Shown: positions 1 through 9,083 of the stretch, piece after piece
Position numbering within the stretch: position 1 is the first letter of the stretch
How the letters are laid out: each line of letters opens with the position of its first letter
Source of the DNA: Pyrinomonadaceae bacterium
GTDB taxonomy: Bacteria; Acidobacteriota; Blastocatellia; Pyrinomonadales; Pyrinomonadaceae
Direction: 5' to 3'
DNA: 64,000 nt
NCBI GenBank assembly: GCA_014534425.1
Contig: JACVRN010000003.1
Span: 11,391 to 75,390, forward strand
Program-made: the position numbers and the translations under genes
The notes under the pieces: model-generated
Told to the model about the DNA's origin: nothing
Database searches by the model: none
Seen by the model: the letters and a program-made list of their open reading frames with translations, nothing else

Positions 1-2
1 TA

Positions 3-104
3 GCCCGTCAATACCTTGGATGGAACGAGGAACGCGCAGCCCTGGAGGTTAATTCATATAGAGACTCAATAGCCCGCCTTCATACGCCGCCCGCCGATAA
101 TTAA
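3..104 (+). CDS. 3' end of a CDS that starts upstream of the window; product not identifiable
   Basis: The frame is open from the window edge (...ARQYLGWNEERAALEVNSYRDSIARLHTPPADN) and ends at TAA 102-104. It is absent from the ORF track because it has no start codon in the window. Confidence 0.3.
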   Translation, partial: ARQYLGWNEERAALEVNSYRDSIARLHTPPADN

Positions 105-228
105 TCCAAGTTATCGTTCTCGAAGTTGCAACCAAATCGCAATCAAAGCTTCAGATTAGCTTCGACAACAATTCCTATAATTCATCGCATCAAGGTAGAC
201 AGTCTCGCAGAATAAGAGAGGTACTAAT

Positions 229-1017
229 ATGAGAAAATTGATGTTAGCGATTATGCTGACGGCAGTTTGTGCCGTTGCAGCTTTCGCGCAAGTAGAGACG
301 CGCGGCGGTGCCCAAGCCGCTAGCGGCGCTTCCCTAAGTCGTAGCGACAAGAGCCTCAATATAGAATCGGGCACGCGCCTCGCGGCGGAACTTGAATCTA
401 CGCTCGATGCCAGAAAGGCGCGCGTGGGCGACCGCGTAGTCTTGAGGACTACGGAAGCTATTAAAGAGAATGGCCGCACGGTTGTTAAGAAGGGCGCGCG
501 GCTCATAGGGCGCGTGACGGATGTGCAGCAGAGGGGACGCGGACGAGGCGAGTCGAGCGTCTCGCTTCTCTTCGACCGTTTAGATAGCGGCTCGCTTTCT
601 ACGCCCATCACGGCGACCATCAATTCCATCACGCAGGCACGCGCTCGCGGCAATTATGAAGATGGCCGCATGAGCACGGACGCGGACGTGCGCTCAAGCA
701 GTTCGGCGCGAACCGGCTCATCACAGCAACGCTCAGGCGGCGGAGTCCTGGGCGGCGTGACGAACACTGTCGGCGGAGTTTTGGACACCACGACGCAGAC
801 GGTCGGAGGCACGGTTAACGCCGCCGGTCAGACGGTCGGAAACACTGTCGGCAACGTCTCGAACACGGTCGGCTCTATAAGGATTGAGCAATCGTCAAGC
901 GCAGATGTTCAGGGCGGGACGACGCTCTCGCTGGCGGGCGACAACCTTCGACTGGAAAAAGGCGCGACCTTTCACCTGACGCTCAACCAGTCTGCGGGAG
1001 TTCGTGGCAATCAATAG
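229..1017 (+). CDS. Secreted hypothetical protein with a Gly/Thr-rich TVGx repeat tail
   Basis: N-terminal signal peptide (MRKLMLAIMLTAVCAVAAFAQ). C-terminal reiterated GGVxxTVGG/TVGNTVGN motifs. Followed by a hairpin plus T-run. Confidence 0.6.
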   Translation: MRKLMLAIMLTAVCAVAAFAQVETRGGAQAASGASLSRSDKSLNIESGTRLAAELESTLDARKARVGDRVVLRTTEAIKENGRTVVKKGARLIGRVTDVQQRGRGRGESSVSLLFDRLDSGSLSTPITATINSITQARARGNYEDGRMSTDADVRSSSSARTGSSQQRSGGGVLGGVTNTVGGVLDTTTQTVGGTVNAAGQTVGNTVGNVSNTVGSIRIEQSSSADVQGGTTLSLAGDNLRLEKGATFHLTLNQSAGVRGNQ

Positions 1018-1040
1018 CTAAAAAAGAGAGAAGTAAAAAC

Positions 1041-1088
1041 AAGAAGGCAGAAGTTTAGAAGCAGAGGCTTCCTTACTTCTGCCTTCTT
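1041..1088 (+). terminator. Intrinsic terminator-like hairpin
   Basis: AAGAAGGCAGAAGT (1041-1054) pairs with ACTTCTGCCTTCTT (1075-1088) and is followed by TTTTTT. Confidence 0.6.
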
Positions 1089-1164
1089 ACTTTTTTCCGC
1101 TCCCAGCATGTTGATGCGGGAACTCCATGCGCGTTAAAGTAGTCGAAGAGTAGAAACGTCTGCC

Positions 1165-2586
1165 ATGAGTTACTTTGTAGAGAACGTCAGGAGGCGCGCA
1201 CAGACGGCTGCGTCCGAGCCGCGCGTGCTGGAACGGCTGCGCGCCATCGTAGGCGCGGAGCATGTGCTCGTTGACGCCGAGAAGGTGGAGCCTTACGCGC
1301 AGGATGCGGTCAAGGAGAAGTTTCCGCCCGAAGCAGTGCTGTTACCACGGACTGCGGAAGAGATTGCGGCCATCCTGCGCCTGGCGAATGAAGAGCGTTT
1401 TCCTGTGACGGCGCGCGGCGGCGGCGTGGGCTACACGGGCGGCGCTGTGCCCGTGGAAGGCGGCGTGGTCATAGGCACAGACCGCATGAATGCTATTAAG
1501 GAGATAAGCCCGGACGACCTCTACGTCGTCTCGGAGCCGGGCGTCACGACTTACGAGTTGCACAGAGCCGTCGAAGCGCACAAGCTCTTCTATCCGCCCG
1601 ACCCCGCTTCTTACAAAGAGTCTTACATAGGCGGCAACATAGCCGAGAACGCTGGCGGCATGCGCTCCGCCAAGTACGGCGTGACTAAACATTACGTGCT
1701 CGGTCTTGAAGTCGTAACGCCCACCGGAGAGATTATCAGGACGGGCGGCAAGACGAGCAAGAACGTTGTGGGCTTTGACCTGACGGGTTTGATGTGCGGC
1801 TCGGAAGGAATGCTGGGCATCATCACGGAAGCTACGCTCAGGCTTGTGCCTCTGCCCGAAGCGACAGAGACCGTGCGCGCTCTCTTTCATTCCATGAAGG
1901 AAGCCTGCGCCTGTGTCGCGCGCTTCTCACGCGCACGCGTCACGCCCGTGGCGATTGAAGTCCTGGATAAGAACTCTATCAAAGCCGTCGAGAGCGAGTT
2001 CGCGTTCGGCTTGCCGGAAGAAGCCGAGGCGCTTCTTCTGGTCTCCGTCGATGGCGCTCTCGAAGAAGTCGTCAGGGCTGCAAACGCCGTCGAAGAGATT
2101 CTGCTCGAAGGCGGAGGCTTCTCTGTTCTGCGCGCCGCGACACGCGAAGATGAAGATCGTCTGTGGGACGTGCGACGTGCGCTTTCGCCTTCTATGAAGA
2201 AGTACGGGACGCTGAAGCTGAACGAGGATGTGGTAGTGCCGCGCTCGCGCGTGCCGGAGCTTGTAGAGCAGGTGGAAGAGATTGGTCGCCGTCACCGAAC
2301 CTTCGTAGCCAACTTCGGCCACGCTGGCGACGGAAACATTCACGTCAACTTCATGTGCGACCGCGAAGACCCTGAATCAATCGCACGCGCTCGGCTGGCG
2401 GTGCGCGATACGTTCCGTGTTGCTGTAGAGCTTGGCGGCACCATAAGCGGCGAACACGGCATAGGCTACGTCAAAGCGCCTTACCTTGACATGGCGCTCG
2501 ACGCTTCGACCATTGATGCGATGATGAGAATTAAACGTGCGCTAGACCCGAACGGCATCTTGAATCCGGGGAAAATGTTTGTCTGA
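1165..2586 (+). CDS. glcD: FAD-linked oxidase, GlcD / D-lactate dehydrogenase family
   Basis: 473 aa. The N-terminal half looks like an FAD-binding PCMH-type domain (ARGGGVGYTGGAVP). The C-terminal GEHGIGYVK...LDPNGILNPGK is typical of the GlcD/Dld family. Confidence 0.8.
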   Translation: MSYFVENVRRRAQTAASEPRVLERLRAIVGAEHVLVDAEKVEPYAQDAVKEKFPPEAVLLPRTAEEIAAILRLANEERFPVTARGGGVGYTGGAVPVEGGVVIGTDRMNAIKEISPDDLYVVSEPGVTTYELHRAVEAHKLFYPPDPASYKESYIGGNIAENAGGMRSAKYGVTKHYVLGLEVVTPTGEIIRTGGKTSKNVVGFDLTGLMCGSEGMLGIITEATLRLVPLPEATETVRALFHSMKEACACVARFSRARVTPVAIEVLDKNSIKAVESEFAFGLPEEAEALLLVSVDGALEEVVRAANAVEEILLEGGGFSVLRAATREDEDRLWDVRRALSPSMKKYGTLKLNEDVVVPRSRVPELVEQVEEIGRRHRTFVANFGHAGDGNIHVNFMCDREDPESIARARLAVRDTFRVAVELGGTISGEHGIGYVKAPYLDMALDASTIDAMMRIKRALDPNGILNPGKMFV

Positions 2587-2598
2587 CATTTTAGATTA

Positions 2599-3186
2599 AT
2601 GCTTTCGACTCTCTTAGAGATACAGCGTTTGAAGCGGCTTGAGCGCACGGGTTGGACTCTGCGCGGGCAGCCGCCGGGCACGGAATCCGTCGCGGCTCAC
2701 TCTTACGGTGTGGCCGTGGCGGCGATGCTGCTGGCGGATGAAATCAGTGCGCGCGGTATCGAGATTGATACTGCGATGCTTTTGCGTTTAGCCGTGATGC
2801 ACGATTGGGCCGAGGCGCGTCTGGGCGATATGCCGCGCACGGGCGGCGAGTATTTCGGGGCCGAGGCGCGCCAGCTTGCCGAGCGCGCGGCCTTTGACGA
2901 CATAGTGCGCGGGCTTGGCACGCAAATTGAAAAGAGTTACAGCAGCCTTCATGAAGATTATGAGCAACGCGCAAGTCTGGAGGCACGTCTAGTCAAGGCT
3001 GCCGACGTTGTTGACCTGCTGGTGCAGGCTTTGGCTTTCGAGCGCGCGGGCGTGCGCGGGCTTGATGAATTCTGGGAAGGCGTCGATGAGCGCTATTTTC
3101 AACTTGAAGGCGTGGCCGGAGAAGTCGTAGGCGAAGTGATGCGGCTTCTGCTTGAGGCTCACGTCGAAGTGACAGGGAAGCCTTGA
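2599..3186 (+). CDS. HD-domain phosphohydrolase (YfbR-like 5'-nucleotidase family)
   Basis: LKRLERTGW...ESVAAHS...HDWAEARLGDMP contains the HD motif in the YfbR-like arrangement. Confidence 0.7.
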   Translation: MLSTLLEIQRLKRLERTGWTLRGQPPGTESVAAHSYGVAVAAMLLADEISARGIEIDTAMLLRLAVMHDWAEARLGDMPRTGGEYFGAEARQLAERAAFDDIVRGLGTQIEKSYSSLHEDYEQRASLEARLVKAADVVDLLVQALAFERAGVRGLDEFWEGVDERYFQLEGVAGEVVGEVMRLLLEAHVEVTGKP

Positions 3187-3237
3187 GCAGCACGCCCTTT
3201 CAGGTTTTAGAGAAAAGAGTTTGGAGTTGAAGCGAGC

Positions 3238-3663
3238 ATGGGCAACTGGCTGATGCAGTTTGTTCCCGACCTGACGTGGCAAAATATTATCCTCGGCATA
3301 ATCTTTTTCGTAGTCACTTTCGCTGCCAGCAGCGCGCTGGTCTCCTACGTGCTTGTTAGATTGCCCGCCACGTTCTTTCATCCTTCGCATGACCGAGCCA
3401 TACTGGTAGACCGTCATCACGTCGTTCGCTGGAGCGGGATTCTGGTCAAAAACATAATCGGGTTCGTGCTGGTCTTACTGGGAATCATCATGGCCGTGCC
3501 GGGCGTGCCCGGGCCTGGATTCCTGACGATTCTCTTCGGCATAGCGCTCCTGGATTTCCCAGGCAAGCGCTGGCTCGAATACAAGATAGTGAGCCGCCCC
3601 AAAGTCTTTCAAGCCATCAACGCGCTGAGGCGAAAATTCGATAAGCCTCCGCTCGTGCTCTGA
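3238..3663 (+). CDS. Small membrane protein, PGPGW-motif family
   Basis: Three hydrophobic segments. The PGVPGPGFLTILFGIALLDFPGKRW motif is present. Confidence 0.6.
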   Translation: MGNWLMQFVPDLTWQNIILGIIFFVVTFAASSALVSYVLVRLPATFFHPSHDRAILVDRHHVVRWSGILVKNIIGFVLVLLGIIMAVPGVPGPGFLTILFGIALLDFPGKRWLEYKIVSRPKVFQAINALRRKFDKPPLVL

Positions 3664-3775
3664 AGACTTCATGGCGCGCTCGGAAAATTTTTACGCCTTG
3701 TGGTAGATGAATAAGCGACACAATCCATGCTGCGCTCGCGTAGCGAACCGGCCTAATATGCGTCTGCGGGCTGCG

Positions 3776-3804
3776 TTGACAACCTTTGGGCTGTCTGTTA
3801 GCTT
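3776..3804 (+). promoter_or_regulatory. Candidate sigma70-type promoter
   Basis: TTGACA (3776-3781), a 17-nt spacer, then TAGCTT (3799-3804). Its position argues for the downstream start at 3876 rather than 3786. Confidence 0.3.
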
Positions 3805-3875
3805 CCTTCTTTTATATAATGTCGGTTCCGAAAGAACATCCGCCAGAGTTTCAAGGGGTTAACACGTTTCGCTTG

Positions 3876-4952
3876 ATGGCTGATTCTCTATTTCCACAAA
3901 CAAAAAGGCTGGGGCGATTGGCGGTTCTCTGCCTGTTGACTATAAGTCTTCTGACGGCACAGGGCTGCAAGACTCTGTTCGGCGACATTGCCAAACGCAC
4001 AGTCACAGTGCCGCCGCTTCTCAAGCCGCTTCAAACGGCGACCTCTGATCAACTTATCGCGGAGGTTAATCGCGTGGCCGCCGTGCGCTCTCTGCGCGGC
4101 AGGGTCGACATAGAATTTCAGGACACGTCGTTTTCGGAATTCGGCATCAACGACAAGTACCGCACGGCTGAAGGCTCCGTCATAGTGCAGCGACCCGGAC
4201 AGGTTTATCTTGAGGTCAACGGCCCGTTCGGCGTTGAGATAGCGCGCATGACTTCGGACGGCGAGCATTTCCGCGTGGCCGTTCTCAAGGGCGACGACAA
4301 GTATCGCCGCTTTGTGAAGGGCACGAACAACGCGCGCTATCAAACCTTCGAGATGGGCGACGGCGAGGCGGCGCGTGATAAAGAGAAGATGAGCGAGCAG
4401 CGAGCCGTCAGCGCGCTCTCGAATCTCCGCCCGCAGCATTTGACGGATGCTCTCCTGGTTCGTCCAATAATGTTGGAAAAGAACGTGCTGCCTAAAGTCG
4501 TCTACACGCAGAGCGAGTTTTACGAAGAGGAAGCCGCGCCGAATACGGGAGATAAACAGGCGCGCTCGAATAAGACGGGCCGCGTTGTGCGCGGCTACTA
4601 TTTTCTGGATGAGATAGTTGAAGCCACGGACGGTCGCGCTCATCTAACGCGCCGTTTCTGGTTCGACCGCGTGAACGGCATACGCTTCGCGCGCATGCAG
4701 ACCTTCGACGAGCAGGGCGACCTCGTCACGGATGTTACTTACAGCAACACGAAACCCTTCGGCGAAGGCGCACGCGTTAATCTGCCTTCGCGCATAGAGC
4801 TGTCGCGCCCGCATGACGGATACAAACTGGCCCTCACCTATCAATCGCCGGAAGAGGCCATAGTCGATCGTCAATATCAGCCGGACATCTTTATCCTTGA
4901 AAACAAGTGGCAACTGCGCGAAGTCGATTTGGACGAGCGACAAAAGAAGTGA
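3876..4952 (+). CDS. Lipoprotein, LolB/DUF4292-like lipoprotein-sorting fold (family-level guess)
   Basis: Lipobox (LLTISLLTAQGC) after the internal ATG at 3876. The central region resembles the LolA/LolB-like beta-fold pattern. Its stop abuts the FtsX permease start at 4953. Confidence 0.55.
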   Translation: MADSLFPQTKRLGRLAVLCLLTISLLTAQGCKTLFGDIAKRTVTVPPLLKPLQTATSDQLIAEVNRVAAVRSLRGRVDIEFQDTSFSEFGINDKYRTAEGSVIVQRPGQVYLEVNGPFGVEIARMTSDGEHFRVAVLKGDDKYRRFVKGTNNARYQTFEMGDGEAARDKEKMSEQRAVSALSNLRPQHLTDALLVRPIMLEKNVLPKVVYTQSEFYEEEAAPNTGDKQARSNKTGRVVRGYYFLDEIVEATDGRAHLTRRFWFDRVNGIRFARMQTFDEQGDLVTDVTYSNTKPFGEGARVNLPSRIELSRPHDGYKLALTYQSPEEAIVDRQYQPDIFILENKWQLREVDLDERQKK

Positions 4953-6089
4953 ATGGATAATCTGGTCACAGCAAATATCAGGCAGAGACCTTTGCGCTCG
5001 CTGGTGAGTGTGGCGGGGGTGGCGTTGGGCGTGGCGCTGGTGATGCTGTTTACCGGACTCTCGCGCGGGATGTCGAATGACCTTAAGCGGCGCTCTCAGA
5101 ATCTGCGCGCGGAGATAATCTTTACGCGCCCAGGCTCTATGGAGTTGACAAGCTCTACGGCCAACCTGAGCACGAAATACGTGGAGCGCCTGCAAGCCGT
5201 GGATGGCGTGCAGTCGGCTGTGCCCGTGATTCGTTACATCTCGCAGGGCAAGAGCGGGTTCGGTCTTGAGCAGATAGAGGGCGTTGACTGGGAGCCTTTC
5301 GCCAGGATGAACGAGATTCAACTCATCGCCGGGCGCGCCCCGCAATCGGTTGACCCTGCGAGCGCGGATGACCCGAACACGCCGGGCGAAGTCGTCATTG
5401 ATGAAAGAAAAGCTTCGAGCAATAACCTCTCGGTCGGGAGCGAAATCAAGCTCTTCGGTGACAAGCCCTTTAAAGTCGTGGGCATCTATGCTCCTGAATC
5501 CGGCGCTCGCGTCAAGATGAGCCTGAGCGCCATGCAGAGAGAACTGGAATCTGCGGGCAAGTGTCAGTACATTCTTGTCAAATGCAAAGACGGAGTGGGC
5601 GAAATAACGGTCGCTCAGCGCATAGAGGCCGCGCCGGAGACGAAGGGCAACAAGATTCAGTTCACGCGCGATGTCTTCAAGGGCATTGAAAGCAGCATCC
5701 CTTACCTGGGAGTCTTCCTGCGCGTGCTAGTGGGCTTGGCCGCGCTGGTGAGCGCGCTCATAGTCATGCTCGCCATGTACACTACGATTACAGAGCGCAC
5801 GCGCGAGATAGGAATTCTGAAAGCCCTCGGAGCATCGCGCGCCTACATCGTCGGCGTGATAGAGAAAGAGGCCATACTAATCAGCGTGCTTGGACTCGTC
5901 ACAGGTTTCGTGGCTGCGTTCGTCGCGGGCTTCATGATTCAACGAGCCTACGGTCTTGTTTTCGAATACGGTTGGGGATGGGCTTTGACTTCAGCCGCCA
6001 TAGGACTTCTGGGCGGAGTCCTGGGCGCTCTTTATCCGGCTGTACGCGCAGCTAATCTTGATCCGGTGAGCGCTATATCTTATGAATAA
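4953..6089 (+). CDS. ABC transporter permease, FtsX/MacB/LolC-E type
   Basis: N-terminal TM segment, a large periplasmic domain and a C-terminal FtsX-like 3-TM block (ERTREIGILKALGA). Confidence 0.8.
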   Translation: MDNLVTANIRQRPLRSLVSVAGVALGVALVMLFTGLSRGMSNDLKRRSQNLRAEIIFTRPGSMELTSSTANLSTKYVERLQAVDGVQSAVPVIRYISQGKSGFGLEQIEGVDWEPFARMNEIQLIAGRAPQSVDPASADDPNTPGEVVIDERKASSNNLSVGSEIKLFGDKPFKVVGIYAPESGARVKMSLSAMQRELESAGKCQYILVKCKDGVGEITVAQRIEAAPETKGNKIQFTRDVFKGIESSIPYLGVFLRVLVGLAALVSALIVMLAMYTTITERTREIGILKALGASRAYIVGVIEKEAILISVLGLVTGFVAAFVAGFMIQRAYGLVFEYGWGWALTSAAIGLLGGVLGALYPAVRAANLDPVSAISYE

Positions 6090-6168
6090 GCTTTCAGCCG
6101 TCAGCCATCAGCATTCAGCCAGCAATGACTGAAGAAAAGCTGATAGCTGAAAGCTGATAGCTGACTGC
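6090..6168. repeat. Family-A hairpin, arms made of (NNTCAGC)n heptads
   Basis: TTTCAGC CGTCAGC CATCAGC ATTCAGC faces GCTGATA GCTGAAA GCTGATA GCTGACT. It begins 1 nt after the permease stop codon. Confidence 0.8.
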
Positions 6169-6173
6169 TCTAA

Positions 6174-6869
6174 ATGAGAACTATCCTTAAAGCTGAGAAC
6201 CTGGTGAAGACGTATCGCGTCGGGCAGGTGGACGTGCAGGCTTTGCGCGGCGTCTCGCTGGACGTGCAGGAGGGAGAGTTCTTAGCCATCATGGGGCCGT
6301 CGGGCTGCGGCAAGTCAACCATGCTGCACCTGCTCGGAGGACTTCTGACGCCCACTAGCGGGCGCATCATTATTGACGATGAAGACCTGACGGCTGCGAC
6401 TGACGCCCGCCGCACGGACATACGACGGCGCAAGATTGGCTTTGTCTTTCAGCGCTTCAATCTCTTCCCGACGCTCACAGCCGAAGGCAACCTGCGGCTG
6501 GCCGAGCGCATACACGGCGGCAACGGTGCTGACGACCCCGAAAGACGCAGAGAGGTTCTGCGACTGCTTCGGCTGGAAGACAAGATGCATCACAAGCCGC
6601 TTGAACTGTCGGGCGGCGAACAGCAGAGAGTCGCCCTGGCGCGTGCTGTGGTGACTCGCCCTGCGATTGTGCTGGCGGACGAGCCTACAGGGAATCTGGA
6701 TTCGGAGAACTCGGCGCTCGTGCTCAACATGTTTCAGGAGTTGAACTACCGCTTCAACCAGACCATCATCATGATTACGCACAACCCGGAGGCCGCAGCC
6801 ATGTGCCGCCGCATCATACAAATGCGCGACGGGCGGATTGTGGATTCGACGGGCGGCGTTTTGCTGTAG
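6174..6869 (+). CDS. ABC transporter ATP-binding protein (LolD/MacB-like)
   Basis: Walker [10 protein letters not shown], signature [14 protein letters not shown], Walker [13 protein letters not shown]. Confidence 0.9.
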   Translation: MRTILKAENLVKTYRVGQVDVQALRGVSLDVQEGEFLAIMGPSGCGKSTMLHLLGGLLTPTSGRIIIDDEDLTAATDARRTDIRRRKIGFVFQRFNLFPTLTAEGNLRLAERIHGGNGADDPERRREVLRLLRLEDKMHHKPLELSGGEQQRVALARAVVTRPAIVLADEPTGNLDSENSALVLNMFQELNYRFNQTIIMITHNPEAAAMCRRIIQMRDGRIVDSTGGVLL

Positions 6870-7103
6870 GAGGACTGGAGGCTGAAGGACAGCCTTATCA
6901 AGATGCTTTAAGTCAGGATCACGCAGCCATAGGGGATGAAAGAGTGTCGGCTGAGCTGAACTATATTGATGGTGACACTAATGCTCAGAAGATTATCACT
7001 TAGGGCATCAGAAACAGGTTGAAGTCGGCTTTTCAGACACCCTCTATAACCTCACAATGAAATCTCCCGCCCGCAAGCAGCGTAGTCTGATATAGAGGCC
7101 CGC

Positions 7104-7762
7104 TTGAGCCATCCGGCAGTCCGGCACAAATTTTCCATTTTTCATCTTTTCATTGACAATAGCTGCTGCCCGTCAAGTAGCGGATGCTCCAGAACCGAGG
7201 CTTTCATCTCCAGGTGTTACTCCTACGGCGGGGATTACGACGACTTCAGTTGCACTTGTACGGGTTGCGACTGGTGTGGAGGCTCGCCTGTTCTGATAGA
7301 TGTTGCGGGCGACGGGTTGGCGCTGACTGGCGTTCAGGGCGGTGTCACTTTTGATCTTAACGGTAACGGCACAAGAGATAAGCTATCATGGACAAACGTC
7401 GGTTCGGATGACGCGTGGCTTGCTCTAGACCGTGATGGCAACGGGACAATAGACAGGGGTTCCGAATTATTCGGCGATTTCACGCCTCAGCCCGCTTCAT
7501 CCACGCCGAACGGTTTTCTAGCTCTCGCAGAGTTTGATAAAACAGAAAATTGGGCGTGAAATCTATCTCGCTCGATTACAGGCTGTCAAAGAAAACTGAC
7601 GAATTCGGTAATGAGTTTCGCTACCGGGCGAAGGTTAGAGATGCAAAGGGATTGCAAGTAGGACGCTGGGCATGGTGTATGGATTTTCAAATAAAATTAT
7701 CCATAGAGGTTCCATATCTCTCCGCCCACAGAAAGCTTGTTGCACTTTACAAACTGCTATAA
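7104..7762 (+). pseudogene. Decayed remnant of a secreted Asp/Asn/Gly-rich (calcium-binding-like DxDxNG) repeat protein
   Basis: The sequence is split over two frames (7104-7559 and 7550-7762). The first frame ends ...[11 protein letters not shown] and the second resumes (L)[28 protein letters not shown]. No signal peptide is present, and the region is locally AT-richer. Confidence 0.5.
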
Positions 7763-7803
7763 CCCTCTGTTATTTCCCTTATTTTTCCCTTATAATTCAG
7801 GCC

Positions 7804-8148
7804 GTGCAGTATCTTTTGCGAACTCTCAAGAAGCTTCTCTTCTGGTCATATGGGCGCAGCACGTGGCAGTACGATGTTTTGTGCGCGCTCATACTGGTCT
7901 TCATCTTCCTGACGCCTCAAAGCTGGTTTCGCACAGGCGAACTCAGGCAGGTAGAGGCGCATCCAACACCTTCTGCTCGCACGTATCTGCTTGTGGAGCC
8001 TTCTGAAAAGGGTGTGCAAATTGACAGAGCGGAACTGGAACGCCGCGTGCGTAGCGCAACGGGGAGGCCCGAAGTTACGGTCACAGGCTGGCAGCCCAGG
8101 CGTGACGAGCAGGGACGCGTGGTCGCCTACGAGGTTGACATACGCTAA
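7804..8148 (+). CDS. Hypothetical small membrane protein
   Basis: An in-frame GTG at 7804 precedes a TM segment (YDVLCALILVFIFLTP). A TATAAT at 7791-7796 lies just upstream. The 5' extension back to 7672 runs through the decayed region. Confidence 0.4.
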   Translation: MQYLLRTLKKLLFWSYGRSTWQYDVLCALILVFIFLTPQSWFRTGELRQVEAHPTPSARTYLLVEPSEKGVQIDRAELERRVRSATGRPEVTVTGWQPRRDEQGRVVAYEVDIR

Positions 8149-8217
8149 CCATCCTTTATAATCGCTCGGTTTGCGAGACTTTCGGGCGGGAGTCTTGATT
8201 TTAGAGAAGGAGTTTGT

Positions 8218-8916
8218 ATGAAGAAGCTTATTCCCCTTAGCCTCGCAGTTGCAGTGCTTCTGACGATTTTTGCGGGCAGTTCCCCTCGGACGGTGAACGC
8301 GCAGGGCGCGGGGGTGGTCAGCTCCATATTGAATCGCATGGAGCGCAATCGCCGCGATATGCGTAGCCTTCGCGCTGCCATCAACATGGAGAAGTGGAAT
8401 AACCAGCTACGCGAAGCCGAAAGGAGCGAGGGCTGGCTGGCTTATATGCCCGCCACGGGCCGCAACGCTTATGTCCGCGTAGAGTGGCAGAAGCCGCGCA
8501 GAGAGATTTTGACCGTCGCCGACGGCCAGTACCAGCTTTATAACCAGCGCCAGAACGTGGTTTACGAGGGACGCGCCAGTGGCGGCAAAAACACGAAGGC
8601 CAGCAGCGTTCTGAGCTACCTGAACATGTCCGCCGCGCAGATTCGCGCCAACTTTAACGCCGATTATATCGGCGACGAAACCCTGTGGGGAGGCGTCAAC
8701 ACCTCGCACCTGAAGATTACGCCGAAGGGTTCGGCTTCCTACAAGTACGCTGAAATCTGGGTTGACGGCGCAGGGATGCTGATTCAGGCCAAGGTCGTAG
8801 AACGCAATGACGATTCGACCACCGTGCGCCTGTTGAACCTGCAAAAGAACGACAACATACCGGTTGACCACTTCCGCCAGCAGTTGCCAGATGGCGTGAA
8901 AAGAGTGAAGAGCTAA
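8218..8916 (+). CDS. LolA-like outer-membrane lipoprotein carrier/sorting protein
   Basis: Signal peptide (MKKLIPLSLAVAVLLTIFAGSSPRTVNAQ). At 232 aa, its length and beta-rich pattern are typical of LolA-like proteins (COG2834-like). Confidence 0.55.
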   Translation: MKKLIPLSLAVAVLLTIFAGSSPRTVNAQGAGVVSSILNRMERNRRDMRSLRAAINMEKWNNQLREAERSEGWLAYMPATGRNAYVRVEWQKPRREILTVADGQYQLYNQRQNVVYEGRASGGKNTKASSVLSYLNMSAAQIRANFNADYIGDETLWGGVNTSHLKITPKGSASYKYAEIWVDGAGMLIQAKVVERNDDSTTVRLLNLQKNDNIPVDHFRQQLPDGVKRVKS

Positions 8917-8942
8917 CGCTCCAACTGTCGGATTTTTCGGAC

Positions 8943-8979
8943 GAAGGGTTCTGGACTTTCTAAGAGACCGGAACCCTTC
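8943..8979 (+). terminator. Terminator-like hairpin
   Basis: GAAGGGTTC (8943-8951) pairs with GAACCCTTC (8971-8979) and is followed by GGCTTTTA. Confidence 0.45.
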
Positions 8980-9083
8980 GGCTTTTATGCAGGTGGCCTA
9001 GGGGCAGCACGCGCCTTGCCATACGGCATGCGTCTCGCATATCCTTTCCCGTTACATCTTGTGAGTACAAGCGAACTAGGTAG

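Noticed and set aside
6803-7003. A 66-aa ORF overlapping the end of the ABC ATPase gene.
   Set aside because: It starts inside the ATPase gene in another frame, has no ribosome-binding site and has no recognisable sequence features. It is most likely part of the decayed region.
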